64,000 bases of DNA from an uncultured delta proteobacterium (GCA_963761995.1 CAVXIU010000006.1:3681684-3745683); one strand, 5' to 3'; numbered from the stretch's first letter, positions 41,901-51,595 are shown. Notes: a model not told the origin generated them from the sequence alone. Numbers and translations are program-made.

Positions 41901-42208
41901 AGGAGCCGATAGTAATAGCGCGTCCCCGGAAGGAGGCCGGTGAGCGGCACGGTGTGGCAGGTGCCGGCGGTGCCGACCTCGCAGCTGGCGGCCTGGGCGA
42001 CGGTGACCTGGGAACCGAGCCCCGTCGTCGTCCCGTACTCGACCTTGCTGTCGCCGGCGACGTCGGTCCACCACAGGATGGTCATGGTCGTGGTGAGCGC
42101 GGCCGGGTTCTGGATCAGAGGGCCGCGGGTCAGGGTCTGCGCCGAAGCGGCGGGCGCCAAGTAGACCCCCAGAAGCACGAACACGATCAGCGCACGAACG
42201 ATCTTCAC
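38933..42208 (-). CDS. Secreted calcineurin-like metallophosphoesterase (purple-acid-phosphatase-like) fused to ~13 Cys-rich repeats, a TSP3-like Asp-rich segment and a C-terminal beta domain.
   Basis: GTG start with signal peptide KIVRALIVFVLLGVYLAPAASA. Phosphoesterase motifs GDWGQG, GNHD, HHTPYS and GHDHIYER. The same CRxxxGxCDxAExCTG repeats as in the 25008 gene. DGDGDGTCD...DGDGDGLGDACDPC. 1,091 aa. Confidence 0.8.
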   Translation of the reverse strand: MKIVRALIVFVLLGVYLAPAASAQTLTRGPLIQNPAALTTTMTILWWTDVAGDSKVEYGTTTGLGSQVTVAQAASCEVGTAGTCHTVPLTGLLPGTRYYYRLLTNGTEVLATTYFQTFKATSDPSELYFTVIGDWGQGSSAQGQLGNILHADDPPLLMTVGDNAYQNGTQSDWDNNVFISQFKNQILRRAVFIPVLGNHDLNNVGAGNWANSVEIKMHALPRNAPAGQEERFFSFDYGNAHFVVLDSNPGAVSLQNSWLAADLAATTRKWKFVFLHHTPYSCANGFASIGSDHTVRDNWGPIFEQHGVDIVFDGHDHIYERSGLVDHYQIGGAGGSDGLSTRYIMTGGGGASLDSAAQVDGGGPFGQGFFHSKEYCPWLANNCSNGVNGQYCSFARFQFSEVRIVSDTTLTLKSIDNNDAVFDTLVITKGSICGNAAIEAGEQCDQGAANGSSTSCCTASCQYVTVGTSCRTVAGICDVAETCTGASGACPTNGFVSGSTVCRSAAGGCDLAESCTGSSAACPSNQFAANGAVCRPAGGVCDHGEVCTGGGAACPSDGKSTAICRPAIDDCDAVESCDGSSSDCPANGVVPGGTPCRIAGDVCDVAETCTGFGTACPPDGFASSATVCRGAGGSCDVAESCTGNDPSCPADVLVVNGTACRAATGICDVAESCSGGSATCPNDGFAANTVVCRGAVSTCDAVEKCSGSSAACPGDGFAASSTVCRAAVSTCDAVEQCTGGSNVCPSDAVASSSSVCRAALSVCDLAESCDGSTTACPSDGFASSAVTCRPATGVCDLAESCTGSSSVCPPNGFATNAVTCRPSAGVCDLAETCSGGANCPSDALQSSSVECRPTAGTCDVPEFCTGSGVGCPADTGQPDGDGDGTCDLEDVCLTVVDPGQEDGDGDGLGDACDPCTNAADVRAVKPKLSMQKLAQPIGDHRFKFSGTMTVPSAAIDPASDGVRIIFVDGAGTTIVDAAIPPGLFDALTNAGWKANSKGTTFLYKNLGGGVPLIEGVTKILIKKNTKVPGQVRFSVQARNGGYPLPASLPMRGTLILDPPYASTNQCGDALFPGPQSPACAFVAPPGTIKCK

Positions 42209-42332
42209 GTCACCCTCGTTGGTATTGATGGCGGCCCTGCCAGGAGGCCGGCTCGAAAGGTTGGCGCCGGCAACCATACACGCCCAACCGGCCAGGATGG
42301 AAGGAAAATCTGCACCAGTGTAGAGCAGCTCC

Positions 42333-43433
42333 ATGACCACCTCACGGGCGTCCCTTCTCGTCGTCGCGCTGGTCGTCTCGGGGCTCACGGGCTGTGCCCC
42401 CCGGGCCGCTCGGACCCCGAACCCGCCGCCCGCGTCGGGCCCTTTCCGGACCCTCGCCGGCGCCCCCACCCACCCGGAGTGCGGGCCGCCGAAGCGACCC
42501 GGAGCCCAGGGCACCGCCCCGCGCTGCGTGGTCTCGTTCGGGCGGTCCTTGACGTCCATGGGGACGAGCCCCGACGGCACGCTCACGGTGGTGTCGCTCA
42601 TGGACACCCAGCCGACCACCTGGCGCCTCCCCGCCTTGACCTTCGCCGGCGAGCTTGTCCCCCCGCCCCTCGAGCCCGGGGCCAATCCGCACGAGGAGCG
42701 GGAATCGCCGCAGGCGATCGCCGTCGCGGGCGACGCCCGGACCGCACTCCTCGCCGCCGGCGACGAGATCCTGCGCTACGACCTCGCGAGCGGGCGTCCA
42801 GTGGGAGCCTTCGAGGGTCCGGAGGGCCTCGGCATGGTCGACCACCTGGTGTGGTCGCACGATGGACGTTCGCTCCTGATCGCGAGCGCCGGCGACGGCA
42901 AGGCCAGGATCCTCGATGCCACGAACGGGCGCGTCGTCCGCGAGCTCGCCGTCCCGGGTCGCGCGGCCGAGCTCGCGTTCGATCACGACGCTCGGCGCGC
43001 CGCCGTCGGCACCGAGACCGGCACGGTCGCGATCTTCGAGCTCGCGGCCAAGGGGGCGAAGCCCCGCGTCCTCACCGCCTCGACCCAGGAGATCACCGGG
43101 CTCGCCTTCGTCGGAAACCAGCTGGTCACGGCCGCCCGCGACGGCCACGTGCGGATCTACGACGCCGCCAGCGGCAAGCCGCTCCGCGACGCCACGACCG
43201 GCTTCCCCATCACCCACTTCACGGTCAGCGCCGACGGCCTGCTCGGGGCGGCCTCGGACGACCGGCACGTGCTCCGCATCGTCGCGCTTCCCGGCGGCGT
43301 CGTGCGCGCCAGCCTCGTCTGGCACCAGGCGAGCATCACGGCGCTCGCGTGGGCTGCCGGGCCGACGCTCCTGGTGGCGGACAACGACGGCGAGCTCGCC
43401 GCTTGGGAGGTCCCGAGCGGCACCTCGCCGTAG
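42333..43433 (+). CDS. WD40/beta-propeller lipoprotein.
   Basis: Lipobox LTGC. Repeated strand motifs (LVWSHDG, ASAGDGKARILD, RDGHVRIYD). Confidence 0.75.
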   Translation: MTTSRASLLVVALVVSGLTGCAPRAARTPNPPPASGPFRTLAGAPTHPECGPPKRPGAQGTAPRCVVSFGRSLTSMGTSPDGTLTVVSLMDTQPTTWRLPALTFAGELVPPPLEPGANPHEERESPQAIAVAGDARTALLAAGDEILRYDLASGRPVGAFEGPEGLGMVDHLVWSHDGRSLLIASAGDGKARILDATNGRVVRELAVPGRAAELAFDHDARRAAVGTETGTVAIFELAAKGAKPRVLTASTQEITGLAFVGNQLVTAARDGHVRIYDAASGKPLRDATTGFPITHFTVSADGLLGAASDDRHVLRIVALPGGVVRASLVWHQASITALAWAAGPTLLVADNDGELAAWEVPSGTSP

Positions 43434-44369
43434 CTAACGGCGGCGGCGGCTCACGCGCGCCACGCGGGGCGCGGGCTCCGCCGGGGCTTGGAGCTTCTGG
43501 TTCAGCGCCAGGACGGTGTCGATGTAGACGCCGGAGCGGTTGTAGTGCCAGATCGCGGCGCGCTTCTCCGCGAGCGACGCGCGCTCGCTCCAGCCGTACT
43601 GCGCCAGGTAGCGGGCGCACGAGGCGGCGGCGTCCGCCATGTCGTAGAGGCTGACCCGGCCGTCGCCGTTGCCGTCGACGCCGTGGCGCAGATAGCTGGT
43701 CGGCAGGAACTGCGGGAAGCCGAAGGCACCGGCGGGTGAGCCCTGCATCGCGAGCGGATCGATCCCGAGCTGGTCGGCCATCGTGAAGAGCGCCCGCACT
43801 TCCGGGTAGAAGGTGTCCTCGAGATAGCGCGCGCGGCGCCGCACCTGCTCGGCGATCACCGCATCCTCGGGATCGCCGGCGTGGCGACGGACGTTCCAGC
43901 GCAGGTTCTCGGGGGCGTTCGCCATCGCGAGCCGCGCCAGGCGATGGAAGACGTTGCTCGACCCGGTGTAGGCACCGCAGCCGCTCTCGACGTGGATGAT
44001 CGCGGCCACCAGGCTCGCCGGCACGCCCTCGCGCGCGCCCGCGGCGGCGAAGGTCGAGGCGTAGCGCTCCTGGCAGCGGCGCGCGGCCCCGACGCTCGCC
44101 GGACCCTGCAGGCTACGGTAGGGACCGGCCGCCTCGCGCGGCTCGAGCTGGAATGCGAGCCCGTCGAATGCGGGCACACGCGGATCGGCGAACGCGGCGG
44201 CCGCCCGCATGCGCGCGATGCCGTCGGCCGCGAGCCTGTCGACGAGATGACCCCAGCCGTGCGCGAGCGCCACCGACTCGGCGTCGCCGGCGGCCGTGGC
44301 CGGGGTCGTGAGCGCGATCAGGAGCGCGCTCGCCGCGAGCGCCGAGGTCAGTAGTCGAGTTCGCCGCAT
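43434..44369 (-). CDS. Lytic murein transglycosylase (MltB-like).
   Basis: Signal peptide. HVESGCGAYTG... and FGFPQFLPTSY motifs. Confidence 0.8.
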   Translation of the reverse strand: MRRTRLLTSALAASALLIALTTPATAAGDAESVALAHGWGHLVDRLAADGIARMRAAAAFADPRVPAFDGLAFQLEPREAAGPYRSLQGPASVGAARRCQERYASTFAAAGAREGVPASLVAAIIHVESGCGAYTGSSNVFHRLARLAMANAPENLRWNVRRHAGDPEDAVIAEQVRRRARYLEDTFYPEVRALFTMADQLGIDPLAMQGSPAGAFGFPQFLPTSYLRHGVDGNGDGRVSLYDMADAAASCARYLAQYGWSERASLAEKRAAIWHYNRSGVYIDTVLALNQKLQAPAEPAPRVARVSRRRR

Positions 44370-44720
44370 GGTGCTCTCGGCATCAAGCTCGGCACTCCCG
44401 CCGTCGCGCTTGAGGGGCGGCAGGACGAGACGCGCTCGAGTGGTCCTGGATCGTGTTTGCCGCGGCATCGCCAATCGAGATGTCGTGAGCAGCGATCTTG
44501 CCGCAAGTGCTTCGGAGCTTCAACGAAGAAACGGCCGGATCACGGCGCCAAGTCGGTCCGCGCCTTGGCGAACGCCTGCTCACCCACCTGGGCACCCGCG
44601 ATGCGGCCCGGGAGGTCGTCGGCGGGGACCTGGATGCCGCCGACGAGCCGCGATTTCTCCGACGCACGCACCCCCTACCCTTGTTCACGGCCGCCCTTTC
44701 GTGGCAGCCGAAGCGAGACG

Positions 44721-46355
44721 GTGCAGAAGCGGGCGACCATAACGTGGCCGATCGCCCTCGGCCTCTTCGTCGCGGTCGTCGCGATCTTCCTGCCCGTCCT
44801 CCGGAACGACTTCGTCGACTGGGACGACGACCTCAACCTCACCGGCAACCTCGCCTACCGCGGCTTCTCCACGGCCCACCTGCGCTGGATGTTCACCACC
44901 ACGCTCGGGGGGCACTATCAGCCGCTCAGCTGGCTCTCGTTCGCGCTCGACCACGCGCTCTGGGCCATGGATCCACGCGGCTATCACCTGACGGGTCTGC
45001 TGCTGCACGCCGCCAACGCGGTGCTGGCGTTCGTCGTGATCCGCGCCCTGCTCGAGCGGCTCGAGCTGGCGCCGGCCGCCATCGTCACGCGCGCGGCGGC
45101 CGCCGGTGCGCTCTTTTTCGCGATCCACCCCCTGCGCGTCGAGTCCGTGGCGTGGGCGTCGGAGCGCCGCGACGTGCTCTCGGGACTCTTCTGGCTGCTG
45201 GCGATCGCGGCCTACCTGCGGGCGGCGTCGACCCCGGCCGCCCACCGCCCGCGGCTGCTCCGACTGGCGCTCGCCGCCCTCGTCGCCTCGCTCCTCGCCA
45301 AGGCCTGGGGCATCACGTTCCCGTTGGTGCTGTTGATCCTCGACGCCTATCCGCTGCGGCGTTGGGGCGAGGATCGCTCCGCGCTCCTGCGCGAGAAGAT
45401 TCCGTTCGCGGTCGCGGCCGCCACTGGCGCGGTCATCGCCTTCGCCGCGCAACAGCGGGTGCCGGAGATGCGCTCGCTCGCCGAGCACGGCCTCCTCGCC
45501 CGCGTGGCGCAGGCCGCCTACGGGCTCTCCTTCTATCTCGTCGAGACGGTGTGGCCGGTCGGCCTCCACCCTGCCTATCTGCTCGAGGCCGATCTCGACC
45601 CCACCCGACCGCGCTATCTCGTAGCGTTCGTGCTGGTGGTGACGGCGACGGCGGCCGCGATCGCGGGGCGGCGGCGTTGGCCCGGGCTCGCGGCCGCATG
45701 GGCCGCCTACGTCGTGATCCTGGCGCCCGTCCTCGGGCTCGCCCAGACCGGGCCCCAGCTGGTCGCCGACCGTTACACCTACCTCGCCTGCCTACCGTGG
45801 GTGGTGGTGCTGGCCGGCGGCCTCGCCCACTCGTGGAGCCGCGAGCGCCCGCTGCCGCGCCGCCTCGGCACCGCCGCGACAGCCGCGGCGCTCGCACTGC
45901 TCGCCGCCCTCACGGTCCGCCAGGTCGGGGTTTGGAAGGATTCGCAGACGCTCTGGAACCACACGCTCGCCCTCGACCCGGACAACTGGGTGGCGTTCAC
46001 CAATCGCGGCTTCGCGCGGCGCGACCGCGCCGAGGCAATCGCCGACTACGGTGCGGCCATCCGCGCCAACCCGCGCTATCGCCCCGCCTGGCTCAACCGC
46101 GGCAACGCCCGCCTCGAGCAGGGCGACGCGGCCGGCGCCGTCGCGGACCATTCCCAGGCGATCGTTCTCGCGCCCACCGATCCCGAGGCCTACAACAATC
46201 GGGGTTGGGCGCGTCAGACTCTGGGTGACTGGGCGGGGGCGGTGGAGGACTACACCCGCGCCCTCGAGCTCGCCCCGGCGAGCTGGCCCCATCACGACCT
46301 CGTGATGGGGAATCTTGCCGCGGCGCGTGCTCGGATCGTCGCCAACGGGGGTTGA
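44721..46355 (+). CDS. TMTC-like protein: N-terminal polytopic PMT/DUF1736-type domain plus C-terminal TPR repeats.
   Basis: FVDWDDD, HLTGLLLHAANAVL and FAIHPLRVESVAWASERRD motifs, then TPR repeats (NRGFARRD..., NRGNARLE..., NNRGWARQ...). The GTG at 44721 is chosen because the upstream in-frame stretch (44457-44720) is Arg/Cys-rich with low GC3. ATG 44646 is an alternative. Confidence 0.65.
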   Translation: MQKRATITWPIALGLFVAVVAIFLPVLRNDFVDWDDDLNLTGNLAYRGFSTAHLRWMFTTTLGGHYQPLSWLSFALDHALWAMDPRGYHLTGLLLHAANAVLAFVVIRALLERLELAPAAIVTRAAAAGALFFAIHPLRVESVAWASERRDVLSGLFWLLAIAAYLRAASTPAAHRPRLLRLALAALVASLLAKAWGITFPLVLLILDAYPLRRWGEDRSALLREKIPFAVAAATGAVIAFAAQQRVPEMRSLAEHGLLARVAQAAYGLSFYLVETVWPVGLHPAYLLEADLDPTRPRYLVAFVLVVTATAAAIAGRRRWPGLAAAWAAYVVILAPVLGLAQTGPQLVADRYTYLACLPWVVVLAGGLAHSWSRERPLPRRLGTAATAAALALLAALTVRQVGVWKDSQTLWNHTLALDPDNWVAFTNRGFARRDRAEAIADYGAAIRANPRYRPAWLNRGNARLEQGDAAGAVADHSQAIVLAPTDPEAYNNRGWARQTLGDWAGAVEDYTRALELAPASWPHHDLVMGNLAAARARIVANGG

Positions 46356-46400
46356 CGACGCCCGGGCACGCGCCGCGGGATCACGTTTGCGAGCCTGGTC

Positions 46401-49400
46401 TCAGTGGACCGGTTCGAGGAGCGTCTTGCCGGTCAACTTCCAGCCCTTGGACTGCTGGATCCAGAGGCCGCGCACCACCCACTCCTCGTCGCCGACGTAC
46501 ACGTGGGTCGTCATGTCTTGCACCGACATGCCGAGGTCGCCGTATGCCTTCAGCGAGACGATGAAGTAGCCGAGACCAGCCTTGGTCTTCATCTGGTAGA
46601 TGCCGCCGCCGGCGCGCGCGCCGCGGTTCTTGTACCGCACGGACTTCACGTTCTGCACCTCGAGCGATCCCCGCACCAACGAGGCACGGAAGATGACCCC
46701 GTCGGCCGCGTCGCGGAGCTCGATCACGAAGTGGTTGTTGATGAAGTCGACCGGCGCGCCAATCGGAGTGATCAGCCGGCCATGGAAGTCGAACATGTCC
46801 TGCTGGGTGCCGTGCCCGAACTTGATGCGGGCCGGGTCGGCGCAGATCGGCTCGTTGCAGTTGTTGAGGCACTCGTCGAGCGGCTGCTGCGGCTTGTCGG
46901 TGCGGCAGCCGCTGATGGTGTTGCCGTCGTCGCACGTCTCCGTGTTGTTGGACTGGACGACGCCGTCGCCGCACCTGGTGCAGTCGAGGCGGCACCCGTT
47001 CACGCTCGGGACGACGTCCGGCGGATCGCAGGTTTCAAAGTCCGGAGCGCCGTTTTGGACCACGAAGTCGCCGCAGTTCGCCCCGATGCAGATGCCGTTG
47101 TTGGGGTGCAGGCAGAGGAAGCCCATCGACTGCGAGTCGCACGAGTCGTCGGTGCAGGGGTTCACGTCGTCGCAATCGACGGGATCCATGCCGACGCAGG
47201 TTCCGAAGCCGTCGGCCTCGTCGAGCTGGGTGCAGAAGCTGCCGTCGTTGCAAGGCGTACCCGCCGGCAGGAACGAGTCGGCCGGGCAGAACTTGTTGCT
47301 GCCGTCGCAGCTCTCTTCCTGATCGGCCGTGCTGGCGGCCGGGCGACAGACCGTCGAGTTCGGCTCGACGGAATCACCCGGGCACGACGGGCCGCCGCCC
47401 GTGCAGCTCTCGGAGATGTCGCACACGCCACCGGAGCCGCGGCAGACGGTCGCGCTCGACTCGAAGGAGTCGGCCGGACAGGCCGGGCCGGTGCCGGTGC
47501 AGTTCTCCGCCACGTCGCAGACGTCGACGACGGACCGACAGACGGTCGCGCTCGGCTCGAAGTCGTTCGCCGGGCAATGCGACGTTGGTGCCGTCGCAGT
47601 TCTCCTCGACGTCGCAGACGCCCGTGGTGGCGCGGCAGAGGGTGGCGCTGCTGGCGCGCGCGTCGGTCGGACAGGCCGCCGTGCTGCCGGTGCAGTTCTC
47701 GGCGATGTCGCAGACGCCCGTCGCCGAGCGGCAGGTCGTCGAGCTCGCCTCGAAGGCATCGGTCGGACAATCGTCGTTGGTGCCGTCGCAATCCTCGTCG
47801 ACGTCGCAGACGTCGGCCGCCGGACGGCAGAGCGCCGTGCTCTTGGCGTCGGTCGGGCAGTTCGCGCCGGACCCGGTGCAGTTGTCGGCCGTGTCACAGA
47901 CGCCGACACTGGCGCGGCAGAGAGTCGTGCTCGGCTCGAAGTCGTCGGTCGGACACGGCGCCGTCGAGCCGGTGCAGTTCTCGGCAACGTCGCAGACGCC
48001 GTCTGGTGGCGCGGCAGACGGTCGCCGCCGACTGGAAGCCGTTGGCCGGGACAATCGTCGTCGGAGCCGTCGCAGCTCTCGACCACGTCGCAGATGCCGG
48101 CCGACGGCCGACAGACCGCCGTGCTCTTGCTGTCGCCCGGGCAGGCTACGCCGGATCCGGTGCAATTCTCGACCAGGTCGCAGACGCCGACCGCACCGCG
48201 GCAGACGGTCGCCGCGCTCTTGAAGCCCTCGGCCGGACAATCATCGTCGGAGCCGTCGCAGCTCTCGACCACGTCGCAGACGCCGCCCGACGGCCGGCAG
48301 ACCGCCGTGCTCTTCGAGTCGCCCGGGCAGGGCGCGGTCGACCCGGTGCAGTTCTCCGCCAGGTCGCAGACGCCAGCCGCGCCGCGGCAGACCGTTGCCG
48401 CCGATTGGAAGGAGTTGGACGGACAGGTGTTGGCAAAGCCGTCGCAGCTCTCGGCGATATCGCAGACGCCGGCGCTCGGACGACAGACCGCCGTGCTCTT
48501 CGCATCGCTCGGGCAGGCCGCACCCGACCCCGTGCAGTTCTCAGAGGTATCGCAGATGCCGACGGAGCCGCGGCAGAGGGTCGCCGAGGACTTGAAGGCG
48601 TCCGCCGGACAATCGTCGTCGGAGCCGTCGCAGGTCTCAGTCAGGTCGCAGACGCCGGCGGAGCCGCGACAGAGCGCGGTGCTCTTGTCGTCGCCGGGAC
48701 AGGCGGCAGCGGAGCCGGTGCAGTTTTCGGTCAGGTCGCAGACGCCCGCCGAGCCGCGGCAGACCGTCGAGCTCGACACGAAGCCGTTCGGGGGACAGGC
48801 GTTGCTCGAGCCGTCGCAGCTCTCGGTAACGTCGCAGATGCCGCCCGTGGGCCGGCAGACGGCCGTGCTCTTGGAATCGCCAGGACACGCTGCACCCGAG
48901 CCGGTGCAGTTCTCGGCGACGTCACAGACGCCGCCCGAGCCGCGGCAGACCGTCGAGGACGACGCGAAGCCGTCCGCGGGACAGTTGTTGCCGACGCCGT
49001 CGCAGCTCTCGGCGACGTCGCAGACGCCGGCCGAGCCGCGGCAGACCGCCGTGCTCTTGCTGTCGCCCGGACACGCCGCGCCAGAGCCCGTGCAATTCTC
49101 CTGGAGATCGCAGACGCCGCCGGAGCCGCGACAGATGGTCGACGCCGAGGCGACGCCGTCGCCCGGGCAGGCCGCCGCGTTGCCTGGACAGTTCTCGACG
49201 ACGTCGCAGACGCCGGCCGAGGCACGACACGGGGTCGCCGCCGAGACGAACGCGTTGGCCGGACAGACCGAGTTCGACCCGTTGCAGTTCTCGGCGGCGT
49301 CGCAGACCCCCGCCGAGGCGCGACACGTGGTCGCGGCCGAGGCGAAGCCGTCGCCCGGACAGGCCGCCCCGCCGCCGCTGCAGTTCTCGGCGACGTCGCA

Positions 49401-50591
49401 GAGGTGACGGCGCCGCGACAGACGGTCGCTGACGACGCGAAGCCGTCGCCCGGACAGACCGTGCTCGAGCCGGTGCAGTTTTCGACGACGTCGCAGACCC
49501 CGCTCGAAGCACGACACGGGGTGGACGACGACGCGAAGCCGTCGTTCGGACAGAGGTTGCCGACACCGTCGCAACTCTCGGCCACGTCACAGATCGCGCC
49601 GCTCGACGGACGACAAACCGCGGTGCTCTTGGCATCGGCCGGACACGCCCCGGTACCCCCGGCGCAGTTTTCCAGCGGGTCGCACACGCCGCCAGACGCG
49701 CGGCACAGCGTCCCCGCCGACGCGAACAGGCAGGTCGAGGTGCAACACCCGCCGGGCGGGTCGCACTGCTCGGCACTCCCATCAGTCCCACTCACGGTAT
49801 CTGTTTGGGAATCGCCGCAGATGGACGTGTAGAATGCAAGGTCGACGTGCGACCGGTTGTTCTCCGTAAAGCCGGTGCCCTGTCGGTGGGCTCGCCGTGG
49901 TGCCAAAGAAGGTATTCGCCGGCGAAAAGGGGCCGCCGATGGCAGTGGCCGCTTCGATCAGGACGTTGACCGAAAAGCTGGCGACGCCCGAACCGACGCG
50001 CCAGAGCGAGTGCACGCCCTGGGCGGTACCGTTGCCCGTCAAGCCTCGGATGTTGGCGCCGGTGAGCGCCTGCGTCGTCGCGTCACTCACCACCGTGCCC
50101 GCGCCGCTGAACGTGAGCGTCACCCGCGTGAAGACCGTGCCGGGTCCGCCGTTGATCATCGCGGTCTGCCCGGTATAGCGGATGGTGGTCGCGGTGTCCG
50201 TCGACCAAATGAACATCTCGGTGCCGCTCGGCTCCGTCCCGACGCTGTTCATCTTGAGGCCGAACGGCAGCGTCGTGAGTCGGTTGATCCCGATGTACAG
50301 ATTCGAGAACGCGCTCGCCGTGCCGGCGCACGAATAGTTGCCGCCGCCGGCGAGCTTCTCCGAGCCGGCGACCGGCAAGCTACAGCTCCACCCCGCGCCC
50401 GGCGCAGTCGTGGGCCCGTTGCTGATGACGATCGCGCTTGCCGGCGCCGCCGCAACCAGCAGTCCGAGGACCGCGAGGGTCGCCATGCTGACCAGAGCCG
50501 AGCCGTGCCGTTTTGCGCCTGCCGGTGTCGCAGTGCCGAACGCACGAGTCTGGGCCGCCCAAATTCTCCGCTGTGGCCGAGCTAACGTCAT
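46401..50591 (-). pseudogene. Decayed paralog of the giant Cys-rich repeat protein, with at least 4 frameshifts.
   Basis: Signal peptide plus a ~230-aa N-terminal domain (frame of 49782..50876 from MTLARPQRR, ATG complement 50589-50591). Repeats continue in the frame of 48731..49906, then 46401..49574, with a middle segment only readable in the 47374..48240 frame. The C-terminal domain and a CDDGN module are retained. Confidence 0.6.
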
Positions 50592-50640
50592 CGCGACGCC
50601 TCCGTTGACGCCGAGGTGCACTCTGGCACCCGGCGGATTC

Positions 50641-50967
50641 TCACCACGACCCGTGCGATCCGTGGCTGCCGTGAGACCCATGGCTGCCGTGCGATCCATG
50701 GCTGCCGTGACTCCCGTGGCTGCCGTGGGACCCGTGGCTGCCGTGCGACCCGTGGCTGCCGTGACTCCCGTGGCTGCCATGCGAGGCATGGGAGAGATGT
50801 TGGGCAAGCAAAATGTTCTCGTTGTTGGGTTCGGAGCGCAGCGCCTGAGCCGCCTCGGACGCGTCGAGTCCGACATCGGGCTTCAGCGCCTGACGCGCCT
50901 CGTCCCGACTGAGAAAATCCACCGGCGTCTTCCGCAGTAACGGCAGCCCCTTCTCTTTGTCGCTCAT
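50641..50967 (-). CDS. Small protein: 62-aa leader followed by (His-Gly-Ser)x15-Trp. Candidate His-Xaa-Ser repeat precursor (HxsA-like) or His-rich metal-binding peptide.
   Basis: A strong SD (GAAGGAG) sits 7 nt upstream of the ATG. The N-terminal half is well composed (MSDKEKGLPLLRKTPVDFLSRDEARQALKPDVGLDASEAAQALR...). It lies 40 bp after the Tat-protein gene and 50 bp before the Cys-rich pseudogene. Confidence 0.65.
   Translation of the reverse strand: MSDKEKGLPLLRKTPVDFLSRDEARQALKPDVGLDASEAAQALRSEPNNENILLAQHLSHASHGSHGSHGSHGSHGSHGSHGSHGSHGSHGSHGSHGSHGSHGSHGSW
50645..50790 (-). repeat. Tandem 18-bp/9-bp coding repeat (cgtggctgccgtg[ac]gacc)x8 encoding (HGS)n.
   Basis: Perfect 9-bp periodicity. 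Reads as SHGSHG... on the minus strand. Confidence 0.8.
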
Positions 50968-51007
50968 GTCGGCTCCTTCACCTGAGTTCGCTGCGTGCGC
51001 CCGCCCT

Positions 51008-51595
51008 TTACCGCAACTTGCCGTCGGCCGAGGGGCCGTCCGCCGCCGCGAAGCGACGGACGCGCTCGCGGTGCGGCAGCAGCTCGGCGAACACGCCGTC
51101 CGCTACCTGGGCCTCGTTGGCCGCCACCGCGTGCGCCAGCTCCGCGACCGCCTGCCCGAGGTGCTCCTCGGTCGGGAGGTCTCCGTAGCCCTGATTCATC
51201 ACCACGAGATCGACCCGGCGCGTGTAGACGACGCCCTCGGGGCTCCCGTCGTTCTGGCAGAGATGCACCCGGTGCGAGCGCCCGCGCTCGTTTTGCAGCG
51301 TCACCACCGCCGACCCGTCCTGCACCGACGTGCAGTCGACGAGCCGCCAGCCGTGCGCCACCACGGCGCCGGCGCCGTACGGCGCCAGGAGATCCCAGGG
51401 CGGCGGCGCAGCGGCGAGCCCCGCCGAGTCCGTGCGCGGTGCCAGAGCGTTCGCCCCGTCCCGGTCGCTCGCAGGCTCATCCGTCGGGTCGCCAACAGGC
51501 CGCGTGGCCGCAATCCCGGTCCCCACGGCCCCAACAGCCAATGCCGCAGCCGCACCCACCGCCGCTTTGCCGATCAAATCGCGTCGTGAAAGCAT
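51008..51595 (-). CDS. Tat-signal secreted protein of unknown function.
   Basis: Twin-arginine motif SRRDLIGKAAVGAAAALAVGA. GAAGGGAG RBS. 195 aa with two Cys. Confidence 0.65.
   Translation of the reverse strand: MLSRRDLIGKAAVGAAAALAVGAVGTGIAATRPVGDPTDEPASDRDGANALAPRTDSAGLAAAPPPWDLLAPYGAGAVVAHGWRLVDCTSVQDGSAVVTLQNERGRSHRVHLCQNDGSPEGVVYTRRVDLVVMNQGYGDLPTEEHLGQAVAELAHAVAANEAQVADGVFAELLPHRERVRRFAAADGPSADGKLR

Noticed and set aside
50645-50790. The regular 18-bp tandem repeat was considered as a possible CRISPR array or minisatellite.
   Set aside because: There are no spacers. The repeat is in frame and encodes (HGS)n inside an ORF with a strong RBS.
49782-50876. A 364-aa ORF suggesting a long Thr/Ala-rich N-terminal extension (MSDSTRPRRL...) on the Cys-rich pseudogene.
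   Set aside because: The extension is the off-frame reading of the HGS repeat gene. A signal peptide begins at MTLARPQRR (50591).
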